Program-made: the position numbers and the translations under genes | NCBI GenBank assembly: GCA_963668695.2 | Contig: CAXXLQ010000004.1 | Coordinates: 1,120,001-1,184,000, forward strand | Direction: 5' to 3' | Source: Vicinamibacteria bacterium | GTDB lineage: Bacteria; Acidobacteriota; Vicinamibacteria; Marinacidobacterales; Marinacidobacteraceae | Length of the DNA: 64,000 nucleotides | Notes under the pieces: generated by a model | Seen by the model: the letters and a program-made list of their open reading frames with translations, nothing else | What the model was told of the DNA's origin: nothing | The model's database searches: none | Part shown: piece after piece, positions 44,741-54,600 of the stretch | How positions within the stretch are numbered: the stretch's first letter is position 1 | How the letters are laid out: every line of letters starts with the position of its first letter

Positions 44741-45161
44741 CAGCCGGTGGTGGAACCCACGTGAGCGCCGAGGCTGGCCAGTCCCGGTGGGGGCGAGGCG
44801 CCCGGCTGACAAGGCGCGTGAGGAAGGAGCCCCCACCGGGAGAACTGGCCCGGTGTATTTCGACCGAAACGCAACGATGAGCGGCGCGAAGCGACGCGGT
44901 TTCAGACCGAGAACTGGGCCGCGTGGGTTTCATCAAGGCTGTTTGGCCGGGATGGATCGCCGGCCGAGCCCCCACCGGGAGAACTGGCCCGGGTGTATTT
45001 CGACCGAAACGAACGATGAGCGGCGCGAAGCGACGCGGTCAGCCGGGATGGATTGCCGGCCGAGCCCCCACCGGGAGAACTGGGCCGCGCGGGTTTCATT
45101 ACAGGCTGTTTGGCCGGGATGGATTGCCGGCCGAACGCCGCGTGGGTTTCGCTACCGGCTG
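44741..45161. mobile_element. MITE-like element, same family as 41324-41574, internally expanded
   Basis: Ends cagccggtggtggaacc / gggtttcgctaccggctg; flanks ccag/ctag; first ~130 bp nearly identical to the 41324 copy, then duplicated modules. Confidence 0.7.
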
Positions 45162-45176
45162 CTAGAGTCCGGATCA

Positions 45177-45596
45177 GTGGCTTGGTCGATCTGGGTAGTT
45201 GCCGGGGTCGCCCTCGCCGCGCTTGAACTCCTGGCCGGCGGCGAACTCTGGCTTCTCTTCGCGGGTGTCGCGGCGGTCGTCGTCGGACTGTTGGCCGGCG
45301 TGGGATTGACCGGGCTGGCGCCGCAGTTTCTCGTCTTCTCCGTTCTTGCGGCCTCCGCCTTCTTCGTGAGGCGGCGCCTCTTGGCTCCCGCGGACAAAAG
45401 TCCCGTCGGCAGCGACTCGCTCGCGGGAGAGGTCGGAACGGCTACTTCGGAGATCCTGCCGAACCAGCCGGGGCACGCGGAATTCCGTGGTTCCCGGTGG
45501 CCAGCGCGAACGGCGTCCGGGCAACCGATCGAGGCCGGAAGCAGCGTGCGGGTTGCGCGGATGGAAGGCATCACCCTGTTTGTCGAGCCCGAATGA
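45177..45596 (+). CDS. NfeD family membrane protein
   Basis: Hydrophobic N-terminus, GHAEFRGSRWPA..VRVARMEGITLFVEP; precedes SPFH gene. Confidence 0.85.
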   Translation: MAWSIWVVAGVALAALELLAGGELWLLFAGVAAVVVGLLAGVGLTGLAPQFLVFSVLAASAFFVRRRLLAPADKSPVGSDSLAGEVGTATSEILPNQPGHAEFRGSRWPARTASGQPIEAGSSVRVARMEGITLFVEPE

Positions 45597-45636
45597 CGCC
45601 TCGCTGATGCGGGGCCACTGAAAAAGGAAAAAGTCT

Positions 45637-46572
45637 GTGACGCCATTTCAAATTATCGCGGGATTGATCGCCCTGATCGTCGTGATCACGCTCTTCCGCA
45701 CCGCCCGGGTCGTTCCCCAGCAGCAGGTGTTCGTGGTGGAGCGGCTCGGCCGCTACCACGACAGTCTCAAGGCCGGTTTCCACCTGTTGGTGCCTTTCGT
45801 GGACCGCGTCGCCTACCGGCATTCGTTGAAGGAGCGCGCCATCGATGTCCCGCAGCAGGTGTGCATCACCCGCGACAACGTCCAGATCTCCGTGGACGGC
45901 GTGCTCTACATCCAGGTCGTGGACGGGCGGCGCGCCTCCTACGGCATCGGCGACTATACGTTCGCGATCGCGCAGCTCGCGCAGACGACGCTTCGTAGCG
46001 AGATCGGGAAAATCGATCTTGATCGGACCTTCGAGGAGCGGTCGACGATCAACGCTTGCGTGGTCGAGGCAGTGGACCGTGCCAGCGACCCTTGGGGCGT
46101 GAAGGTCCTCCGCTACGAAATCCGCGACATCGCGCCGCCGTCCGACGTGCTGAGCGCCATGGAAAAGCAGATGCGCGCCGAACGGGAGAAGCGCGCGACC
46201 ATCCTCGCCTCCGAAGCTGACCGCGACTCGCAGATCAACCGGGCGGAGGGCGAGAAGCAGCGCGTCCTGCGGGAATCGGAAGCCCAGCGTCAGCGGCAGA
46301 TCAACGAGGCGGAAGGCGAGGCGCAGGCCATCATCGCGGTGGCCACAGCCACCGCCGAGGGGATTCGCCAGGTGGGAGAAGCCATCTCCGGCCCCGGCGG
46401 GCAGGAATCCGCCCGCATCCGGGTGGCCGAGCAGTACGTGTCCGAATTCGGCAAGCTCGCGCGGTCCACGAACACCCTCATTCTCCCCGCCAACCTCGCG
46501 GATATCGGCGGTTTCGTCGCTACCGCGATGGAAGTCATCAAGAGTACGGACAAGACCTCAGCGAGTTCGTAG
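45637..46572 (+). CDS. SPFH/stomatin-like protein (paraslipin)
   Basis: VVERLGRY, ITRDNVQISVDG, AQTTLRSEIG, MEKQMRAEREKRA. Confidence 0.92.
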   Translation: MTPFQIIAGLIALIVVITLFRTARVVPQQQVFVVERLGRYHDSLKAGFHLLVPFVDRVAYRHSLKERAIDVPQQVCITRDNVQISVDGVLYIQVVDGRRASYGIGDYTFAIAQLAQTTLRSEIGKIDLDRTFEERSTINACVVEAVDRASDPWGVKVLRYEIRDIAPPSDVLSAMEKQMRAEREKRATILASEADRDSQINRAEGEKQRVLRESEAQRQRQINEAEGEAQAIIAVATATAEGIRQVGEAISGPGGQESARIRVAEQYVSEFGKLARSTNTLILPANLADIGGFVATAMEVIKSTDKTSASS

Positions 46573-46848
46573 CCCGCGTGCCGAGTCGGCGGGCGGCCCG
46601 GAGGCTGTCGGTCGGATCGGATAGTGCCGGTTTATGTCGCTGCGACGGTGCGACGGCGCAGCGGCAGGCGGTGAAACCGGCACCCCGGCAGTTCGGGGTG
46701 TCTCACGCGCCGGGATGGAACGACGCGGTGAAGGACAAGTTAGGTCGTGTATGGCTACCCGGCGTGACCCCGGTTCGTGGCGTCACTCCCAGGCGCCCGA
46801 CAGACAGATGTTGGAGAGCGACAAATACCGTCGTTCTATGGTTCCGCC

Positions 46849-46917
46849 CAGTCCGGCATCGCGCGCCAGACCTTCTCCGGGCTCAGCGGGGTGTCGAGGT
46901 GTTCCACCCCGAGCGGG
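46849..46917 (-). repeat. Diverged direct copy of the 3' end of the molybdoenzyme gene (matches 47498-47566)
   Basis: About 62 of 69 nt identical by manual alignment. Confidence 0.85.
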
Positions 46918-46974
46918 TGAGGACGCCGGGATCAGGGGCTCGGGATGTGCTTTCATATATCGGCATCACACATC

Positions 46975-47193
46975 ATGCGGACGAGCATCTCTCTCCCCGA
47001 CGAGCAGGCCGAGCGGCTCGCGGAGGTGTGTCGTAATCAGGGCATCTCCCGCGCCGAGGCAGTGCGGCGCGCGCTCGCCCGGTATCTCGACGAACATCGG
47101 CGCCGTCGCCAGGAAGACGTGTTCGGGATCTGGCGCGGACGCCACCCGGACGGGCTCGACTACGAGCGCCGGTTGCGGGGAGAGTGGTCCTGA
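46975..47193 (+). CDS. CopG/RHH antitoxin-like protein, no adjacent toxin
   Basis: MRTSISLPDEQ...ISRAEAVRRAL...FGIWR..DGLDYERRLRGEW. Confidence 0.8.
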   Translation: MRTSISLPDEQAERLAEVCRNQGISRAEAVRRALARYLDEHRRRRQEDVFGIWRGRHPDGLDYERRLRGEWS

Positions 47194-47496
47194 ACGGGAG
47201 CTGCCCGGTGGGCGATGCCGGTCTGAAGACGCCCACCGGGGGAGACCTTCCCGGGGGAGACCTTCATCGTCGGGTCCTCCTGCACACCCCGGCGGTCATG
47301 AAAAAGGCGCGCGGGTGCTTCGGGCAAGGGGAGCGGTGAGTGGTCGCACGATCCGAGGTTGGAGGAGGGTGCGGACTTCACGTTGGCATGACGCCGCATC
47401 ATCGGCGCTGGTTTCGCGCTCCCTCGCGGCCGGCACCATCTGGACCGTTGGCGGTCCCGCCGGATCGCGGTTCCCCGTCGCCTCGGCGTCGAGCGC

Positions 47497-49807
47497 TCAG
47501 TCCTGCATCGCCCGCCAGACCTTTTCCGGGGTCAGCGGGGTGTCGAGGTGTTCCACGCCGAAGGGGCGTAGCGCGTCCATCACGGCGTTGACGACCGCCG
47601 GCGTCGAGCCGATGGTCGCCGCCTCGCCGATCCCCTTGACTCCGAGCGGGTTGACGTGGGTCGGCGTGACCGTTCGGTGCAGTTCGTAGGAGGGGAGCAT
47701 GTCGGCCCTCGGGACCGCGTATTCGAGCAGGGACGGGGTCAGGAAGTTGCCGTCCGCGTCGTAGACCGCTTCTTCGTAGAGTGCCTGCGCGATTCCCTGG
47801 GCCAGCCCGCCGTGCACCTGCCCCTCGGCGAGCAGCGGGTTGATCACCCGGCCGCAGTCGTCCACCGAGATGTAGCGGAGGATCTCGACGGCGCCGGTAT
47901 CGGGATCGATCTCCACCGCGCAGAGGTGGGATCCGAACGGGAAGGTCTCGCCGGGGGGCTTGAAGTCCACATCGGCAGAAAGTTCGGCGGCGGCGCCCTC
48001 GGGGGAGTCCGCCGAGTAGGCGAACGCCGCGATCTCCGACCAGCCGACAGCGCGGGCGGGCGAGCCGGCGACGAAGAATTGCCCCGCCTCGAAGCGGATG
48101 TCCTCGGGAGCCGCTTCCAGGAGCTTGGCGGCGAGCTGCTTTGCATGTTCGCGGACGGTTTCGGCGTTGTTGAAGATCGCCGACCCTCCCACCGGAGCGC
48201 TCCGGCTTCCGAAGGTCCCGATGCCGCGCGGACACTCGTCGGTGTCACCGTGGAGCACCGTCACGTCGTCCATTTGGACGCCGAGCTGCTCCGCGGCGAT
48301 CTGCGCCCACGCCGTCTCGTGTCCCTGCCCGTGCGGCGAGGTGCCGCTCCGAACGGTGACCGAACCGTCGGGTTCGACGGTCACGCCCCCGGCCTCCCAG
48401 GGGCCGAATCCGCAGATCTCCACGTAGCAGGCGAGGCCGATCCCGAGCAGCTTTCCGCCGCCCTCGGCCCGCCGCCGGGCCTGTTCGGCCCGAAGACTCG
48501 CGTAGTCGCCGGCCTCCAGCGCCAGATCGAGCGCCTTTTCGTAGTCCCCGCTGTCGTAGGTCAGCCCCGTCGCCGTCCGGTAGGGGAACTTGTGCGCCGG
48601 GATCAGGTTGCGGCGGCGGATGTCCGCCGGGTCCATCCCGAGCCGGCCGGCCAGCACGTCGAGCGCCCGCTCGATCAGGTAGGTGGCCTCCGGGCGGCCG
48701 GAGCCCCGGTAGGGCTCGTTCGGCGCGGTGTTCGTGAACGCCCCCTCGGCCCGGGCGTGGGCGGAGCGGATGTCGTAGGGACCGACGATCATGCTCCCGG
48801 TGAGGGAGGGAGTGGTGGGTCCGGGCCGGCTGAAGTAGGCGCCCGAGTCGTAGAGGATGTCCAGATCGCAGTGCCGTCACCCGCCCGTCGCGGTCGGCCG
48901 AGACGCCGAGCGTCACGAAGAGGTTTCGGCCGTGGGTGGTGGTCTGGAAGTCCTCGGTCCGGGTGGCGTACCAGCGGACCGGGCGGCCGAGCCGCAGGGC
49001 GAGCCAGGGGACCAGGACCTCCTCGGCGTAGAGGTTCGCCTTGGCGCCGAAGCCGCCGCCGACCTCGGGGGCGATGGTCCGGATGCGTTCCTCGGGGATT
49101 CCCAGGATGCGCGCCACGCTCGACTTCACCCGATGCGCGGACTGGGTGGAGGTCCACATCGTGATCCGGTCGCCGTCCACCCGGGCGGCGACCGCCCGCG
49201 GTTCCATGGCGCTTGGGATCAGGCGCTGGATCCGGAAGTCGAGCGACACCTCGACCTCACCCTGCGCGGCCTCGGGCGCGCCCTCGGGATGGAGTTCCCA
49301 GACGAAGGATCGGTTCCCTGCCACCTCGGGATAGAGGAGCTCCGCGCCCTCGGCGCGCGCCGCCCGGGAGTCGCCGGCTCCGGGGAGGTCCCGGTAGTCC
49401 ACGAAGACCAGCGCGGCGGCGTCGGCCGCCTGTTCGGGCGTCTCGGCGACCACCGCCACCACCGGATCGCCGACCGTGAGGACCTTGCCGTCGGCGAGCG
49501 CCCACCGCGGCGGCAGGTGGAGTTCGGTGAACGCGCCGGCGTCCGGCGCCCGGGCCACGGGGAAGGGCTTTTTCAACGTCGGCAGGATGTCCGCCGCGGT
49601 GAAGATCCCGACGACGCCAGGCGCGGCGGCGGCTTCCTCGCTATCGATCTCGACGATCTCGGCGTGCGGATAGGGACTGCGGACGACCGCGAGATGGAGG
49701 GCGCCGGGAAGCGGGATGTCCGGGGTGTAATGCGCCTGACCGGTGATGAGCCGCGGGTCTTCCCGCCTTCGCACCCGATCGCCGATGGTCTGGGTTCTGA
49801 TTGCCAA
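47497..49807 (-). pseudogene. Xanthine dehydrogenase/CoxL-family molybdopterin subunit, frameshift near 48870
   Basis: RREDPRLITG, VGGGFGAK, PYRGSGRPEAT, HGQGHET, QVHGGLAQG, KGIGEA spread over two frames. Confidence 0.85.
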
Positions 49808-49946
49808 GCTGTAACTGCGTCCGAAGGGGAGCGATTCTAGCGATGGCGCCCAGCGCGCCCGTAAACCGACCCCGCAAGCCCGCTCTGTATTAGGCTGCCG
49901 CGCGCCTCAGGTTTCGTCAGTTCCCGCCGTCTCCGTTCGAACCCTC

Positions 49947-50900
49947 TTGATTTCCACCCCCTCGCCCGCTGCGCGGGAATCCGCCCCGCCGCTCGCGCGG
50001 CTCGAAGGCGTCACCCACCGCTACGGGGACGTCCTGGCGCTCGACCGGCTCGATCTGGGGGTGCGGGAAGGCGAGGTGCTGGCGGTGCTCGGCCCGAACG
50101 GCGCCGGCAAGACCACCGCGGTCAGCCTGCTCCTCGGCACCCTCCAGGTCCAGCAGGGGACCGCGCGGGTGTTCGGCAGCGTCCCGGACGCCGCGGACGT
50201 CCGTCTCCGGCGGGGCGCGATGCTCCAGGTCTCCGGCGTTCCGGACACCCTCACCGTCGGGGAGCACCTGGCGCTCTTTCGGGCGTACTACCCGGCGCCG
50301 CTGCCGATGGGGCGGCTGCTGGACATGGCGGGTCTGGGAGAACTCCGCGACCGGCGGTTCGGGAAGCTCTCCGGCGGGCAGAAGCAGCGGGTGATGTTTG
50401 CGCTCGCCATGGCGGGGGATCCCGAGCTGGTGTTCCTCGACGAGCCGACCGCCGGCCTCGACCTCGACGGACGCCGCCGTCTCTGGGACGAGATCCGGGG
50501 GCTCAAGGCGGCGGGGCGCACCGCCGTGCTCACGACGCATCACCTCGAGGAGGCGGATGCCCTCGCCGACCGGATCGCCGTGATCCACCGCGGGCGGTTG
50601 ATCGCCGAGGGGAGCCCGTCGGCGATCAAGTCCCGCACCTCCGGCCGCGTCGTGCGCTGCGTCACGAGCATCCGCCCCGAAGCGGCGCGCGACTTCCCCG
50701 AGGCCGCCCGGGTGGAGACGAAGGGACAGCACCTCGAGATCGTGAGCGCCGAGCCGGAGGCGCTGCTCCGCCGGATGTTCGCCCTCGACCCGGAGCTGAG
50801 CGACCTGACGGTGGCCGGCGTGGGGCTCGAGGAGGCGTTCCTCGCGCTCACCGGCGGCGGCGCGGGGGAAAACGGCGCCAGGCCGGAGGGGGGTTCGTAG
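49947..50900 (+). CDS. ABC-2 type transporter ATP-binding protein
   Basis: GPNGAGKT, LSGGQ, FLDEPT. Confidence 0.92.
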   Translation: MISTPSPAARESAPPLARLEGVTHRYGDVLALDRLDLGVREGEVLAVLGPNGAGKTTAVSLLLGTLQVQQGTARVFGSVPDAADVRLRRGAMLQVSGVPDTLTVGEHLALFRAYYPAPLPMGRLLDMAGLGELRDRRFGKLSGGQKQRVMFALAMAGDPELVFLDEPTAGLDLDGRRRLWDEIRGLKAAGRTAVLTTHHLEEADALADRIAVIHRGRLIAEGSPSAIKSRTSGRVVRCVTSIRPEAARDFPEAARVETKGQHLEIVSAEPEALLRRMFALDPELSDLTVAGVGLEEAFLALTGGGAGENGARPEGGS

Positions 50901-50947
50901 ATGCCGGCGTCCGCTGCCCCCGCCTTCCGCCGCGGATTCCGGGGCAC

Positions 50948-51688
50948 GTGCGGATCGCGCTGCTGGAAGCGCGCTTCCAGTTCCTCAGTTCCCTGCGGCT
51001 GCCGGCGTTCGCGGTCCCGACGCTCCTCTTCCCGCTGTTTTTCTACCTGTTCTTCGGGGTGGTGTTCCAGCGGGGCGGAGTCTCCCTCGCCGCGCCGACC
51101 TACATGCTCGCTACCTACGGCGTGTTCGGCATTCTCGGCCCGTCGCTCTTCGGATTCGGAGTGGGTCTCGCGCAGGAGCGCGACTCCGGCGCCCTGCTGC
51201 TGAAGCGGACCACCCCCATGCCCGCGGGGGCCTACCTGTTCGCGCGGGTGGCGGTGGCGATGATCTTCGGCGCCGTGGTGCTGCTCGGGCTGTTCCTGCT
51301 CGGCGCCTACGCCGCCGGCGTTGAACTCCACCGCTCGCAGTGGTTCGGGCTCGCCGGAGTCACCCTCGCCGGCGTGCTGCCGCTCTGCGCCCTCGGGCTC
51401 GCGATGGGGGCATGGGCGAAACAACAGGCGGCGGTAGCGGTGGTGAACCTGGTGTTCATCTCGATGTCGGTGCTGTCGGGGCTCTGGTTCCCGATCCAGA
51501 TGCTCCCCGGGTTCTTGCAGGACTTGGCGATCGTCTTTCCGGCGTACCACCTCGGACAACTCGCGCTGAAGGTGATCGACCTCGACCTGGGGCAACCGGC
51601 CGCGCTTCATGTGGGCCTGTTGGCAGGGCAGGCCGCCGTCTTCCTCGCCGTCGCGGCGGCGGGGCTGCGGCGCTTCGCGGGCCGCTGA
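50948..51688 (+). CDS. ABC-2 type permease
   Basis: Six hydrophobic segments, LSGLWFPI; follows the ATPase. Confidence 0.88.
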   Translation: MRIALLEARFQFLSSLRLPAFAVPTLLFPLFFYLFFGVVFQRGGVSLAAPTYMLATYGVFGILGPSLFGFGVGLAQERDSGALLLKRTTPMPAGAYLFARVAVAMIFGAVVLLGLFLLGAYAAGVELHRSQWFGLAGVTLAGVLPLCALGLAMGAWAKQQAAVAVVNLVFISMSVLSGLWFPIQMLPGFLQDLAIVFPAYHLGQLALKVIDLDLGQPAALHVGLLAGQAAVFLAVAAAGLRRFAGR

Positions 51689-51690
51689 TC

Positions 51691-53028
51691 ATGACCTCCC
51701 GACAAGTGCCGGAGCGCCCGCCCTGGCGCCGCGACCCGCTGATCGCCGGAGTGGCGATCGCGGTATTCGTCGGCGTGCTCATGACGCTGCCGGTCCCGGA
51801 ACCGGCGGACCCGCCGGGCGGGCCGCTGCCGGAGACGGATTTCGCGGTGGTGGACGTGACGGTTTTCGACGGGGAGGAGTTCCTGCCGCACCGGGACGTC
51901 TGGGTCGAGGAGGGCCGGATCCGATCGGTCGGCCAGCGGCTCAACCTGCCTGAGGGCCTTCCCCGGGTGGACGGGCGCGGCTACACCCTGACCCCCGGAC
52001 TGATCGACGCGCACGCCCACAGCTTCGGATCGGCGTTGAGCGACGCGCTTCGCTTCGGGGTGACGACGGTGCTGGATCAGTTCACCGCGCCGATGCTCGC
52101 CCGGGGAAAGCGGCGCGCCCGCGAGACGCTCAGCCGCGGTAGCGAGGCAGACCTCTTCTCCGCCGGCAACCTGGCGACTGCGCCCGGCGGGCACGGCACC
52201 CAGTTCGGGGTCCCGGTTGCGACGCTCACCAGTGCGGCCGAGGCGCCGGATTTCGTGGCGGCGCGCAAGGAGGAAGGTTCCGACTGGATCAAGATCGTCT
52301 GGGAGGACGGCAGCACCTTCGGGACATCGCTTCCGACGCTCGACCGGGAGACGATCGCGGCGGTCATCGAGGCCGCCCACGCCGAGGAGTTGCTGGCGGT
52401 GATCCACGTGAGCACGCTCGAACACGGGCTTGCCGCCCTTGCAATGGGAGTGGACGGGCTGGTCCACATCTGGGGAGATGAGGTCCTCGCCGAGGAGGAC
52501 GCCGCCCGCTTCGCCGAAGCCGGAGTCTTTGTGGCTCCGACGCTCTCGGTGCGGGTCGCCGGCGCGGGAGATTCCATGGGGCCCGAGTTGCTGGAGGAGA
52601 CGCGGCCGGACGAGGTGTCGGAGATGCAGCGCCAGACGCTGATGGGGACCTTTCCCCGGCCGGTCGGAACCAGCGAGGCGGCGATCGAGAGCGTCCGCCG
52701 GCTCCACGCCGCCGGGGTGCGGATCGTCGCGGGGACCGACGCGCCGAATCCCGGGACCGGCTTCGGGATCTCGATGCACGGCGAGCTGCGGTTGTTGCAG
52801 CGCGCTGGGCTCAGCGCGGCCGAGGCCTTGGCGGCGGCGACAGGGAGCGCTGCCGACGCCTTCGGGATCGCGGATCGGGGGCGGCTCGAAGAGGGCCGGA
52901 TCGCCGACCTGCTGCTGGTGGCGGGGGATCTCGAGAGTGACCTGACTCGGAGCGCGGCGATCGCCGGGGTCTGGAAGGACGGGTTTTCGGTGGAGGCGGC
53001 GTGGGCCGTCCCGGAGGAACCGGAATAG
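51691..53028 (+). CDS. Amidohydrolase family protein
   Basis: PGLIDAHAH, GGHG, WIKIV, AGTDAPN, ADLLLV. Confidence 0.88.
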   Translation: MTSRQVPERPPWRRDPLIAGVAIAVFVGVLMTLPVPEPADPPGGPLPETDFAVVDVTVFDGEEFLPHRDVWVEEGRIRSVGQRLNLPEGLPRVDGRGYTLTPGLIDAHAHSFGSALSDALRFGVTTVLDQFTAPMLARGKRRARETLSRGSEADLFSAGNLATAPGGHGTQFGVPVATLTSAAEAPDFVAARKEEGSDWIKIVWEDGSTFGTSLPTLDRETIAAVIEAAHAEELLAVIHVSTLEHGLAALAMGVDGLVHIWGDEVLAEEDAARFAEAGVFVAPTLSVRVAGAGDSMGPELLEETRPDEVSEMQRQTLMGTFPRPVGTSEAAIESVRRLHAAGVRIVAGTDAPNPGTGFGISMHGELRLLQRAGLSAAEALAAATGSAADAFGIADRGRLEEGRIADLLLVAGDLESDLTRSAAIAGVWKDGFSVEAAWAVPEEPE

Positions 53029-53301
53029 GGGTCGGATGTCCCTGGTTCGCGCCGCGTTCGCGATTGTGTTCGGCGACCGCTTCCCGGTCGAGGTCGTGTG
53101 AGCCCGCCCCGCACCGCCCCCCACAGAGCGGCCGCCGCCCGGCCTTGCGGCCTCCCGGCTGGTTGGCGCAGGCCTCGCCCGGAGCCCGTGGAAATCGCGG
53201 CGCCCGTGGCGACCGGATCGCGAGGGACCCCTTCATCCGGAGCGATTCCCCCAGGATTAGGAAAACGCTGGCGCCGCATTGCGCCTGACGGCCGGACACG
53301 G

Positions 53302-53357
53302 CCTACATACGGAATTCCTGACAGTCCTGGTGGCCCAGTTTTAGGTGTCGCCTGACG
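53302..53357. mobile_element. Two abutting orphan IS-like right ends (IS256-like, then IS21-like)
   Basis: acatacggaattcctgacagtcc followed by ggtggcccagttttaggtgtcgcctgac; recognised by resemblance to family end patterns only. Confidence 0.45.
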
Positions 53358-53937
53358 CGCATGCTCCAGTCATCCGAACCGGAAATAGACGCATGCTCCG
53401 GCCATCCGACCCCGAAATAGACGCATGCTCCGGCCATCCGACCCCGAAATAGACGCATGCTCCGGCCATCCGACCCCGAAATAGACGCATGCTCCGGACC
53501 CCCAGACGCCGGGATCAACCGACCCGGGCCACCGACCCCGAAATAGACGCCGGAAATAGACGCATGACGCATGGGTCAACCGACCCCGAAATAGACGCAT
53601 GCCCGGAGTCAACCGACCCCGAAATAGACGCATGCTTGGGTCAACCGACCCCGAAATAGACGCATGCCTGGGCTCAACCGACCCCGAAATAGACGCATGT
53701 CAACCGACCCCGAAATAGACGCATGGTCTAACCGACCCCGAAATAGAGGGTCAACCGACCCCGAAATAGACGCATGCTTGGGTCAACCGACCCCGAAATA
53801 GACGCATGCCTGGAACCGACCCCGAAATAGACGCATGCCTGGGCTAACCGACCCCGAAATAGACCCATGCCTGGGCTAACCGACCCCGAAATAGACGCAT
53901 GCTTGGGTCAGCCGAAATAGACGCATGCCTGGGCTAA
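53358..53937. repeat. Tandem array A, ~32-bp unit with core ccgaccccgaaatagacgcatgc
   Basis: 18 gaaatag cores counted; several units internally deleted. Confidence 0.95.
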
Positions 53938-54469
53938 CCGACCCGGATATCGACCGACCCGGATATCGCACCGCACCCGCGAAATCGCGCAGTTCCGGCG
54001 AGCCGACCCGGATAGACGCAGTTCCGGCCAGCCGACCCGGATATCGCACCCAGTTCCGGTCAGCCGACCCGGATATCGCACCCAGTTCCGGCCAGCCGAC
54101 CCGGATATCGCACCCAGTTCCGGCCCGCCGACCCGGATATCGCACCCAGTTCCGGCGAGCCGACCCGGATATTGCACCCAGTTCCGGCCCGCCGACTCGT
54201 TTATCGCACCCAGTTCCGGCCCGCCGATCCGGATATCGCACCCAGTTCCGGCGAGCCGACCCGGATATCGCACCCAGTTCCGGCCCGCCGATCCGGATAT
54301 CGCACCCAGTTCCGGCCCGCCGACCCGGATATCGCACCCAGTTCCGGCCCGCCGACCCGGATATCGCACCCAGTTCCGGCCCGCCGATCCGGATATCGCA
54401 CCCAGTGCCGGCCCGCCGATCCGGATATCGCACCCAGTTCCGGCCCGCCGACCCGGATATCGCACCCAG
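53938..54469. repeat. Tandem array B, 32-bp unit ccgacccggatatcgcacccagttccggcccg
   Basis: 14 units in strict 32-bp register from about 54032, plus partial and hybrid units at the junction. Confidence 0.95.
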
Positions 54470-54600
54470 CCCGCGCCGTCCGGCTCCATGCTCAGGAGCA
54501 ATGATTGAAATAAGCCAAACCGCTATTTCAAAGCGGGACCCGAAATTGAAATAAGCAAACGGCCGGCAATGGTAGGTTCGCCCTCCCCGGAGGTCCCCCC

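Noticed and set aside
53358-54469. CRISPR array
   Set aside because: Variable parts are only about 10 nt and themselves repeat; no unique spacers and no cas genes
53876-54554. Repeat-protein ORFs across the array on both strands
   Set aside because: The 32-bp period cycles the same peptide through all frames; open only because the unit lacks stop codons
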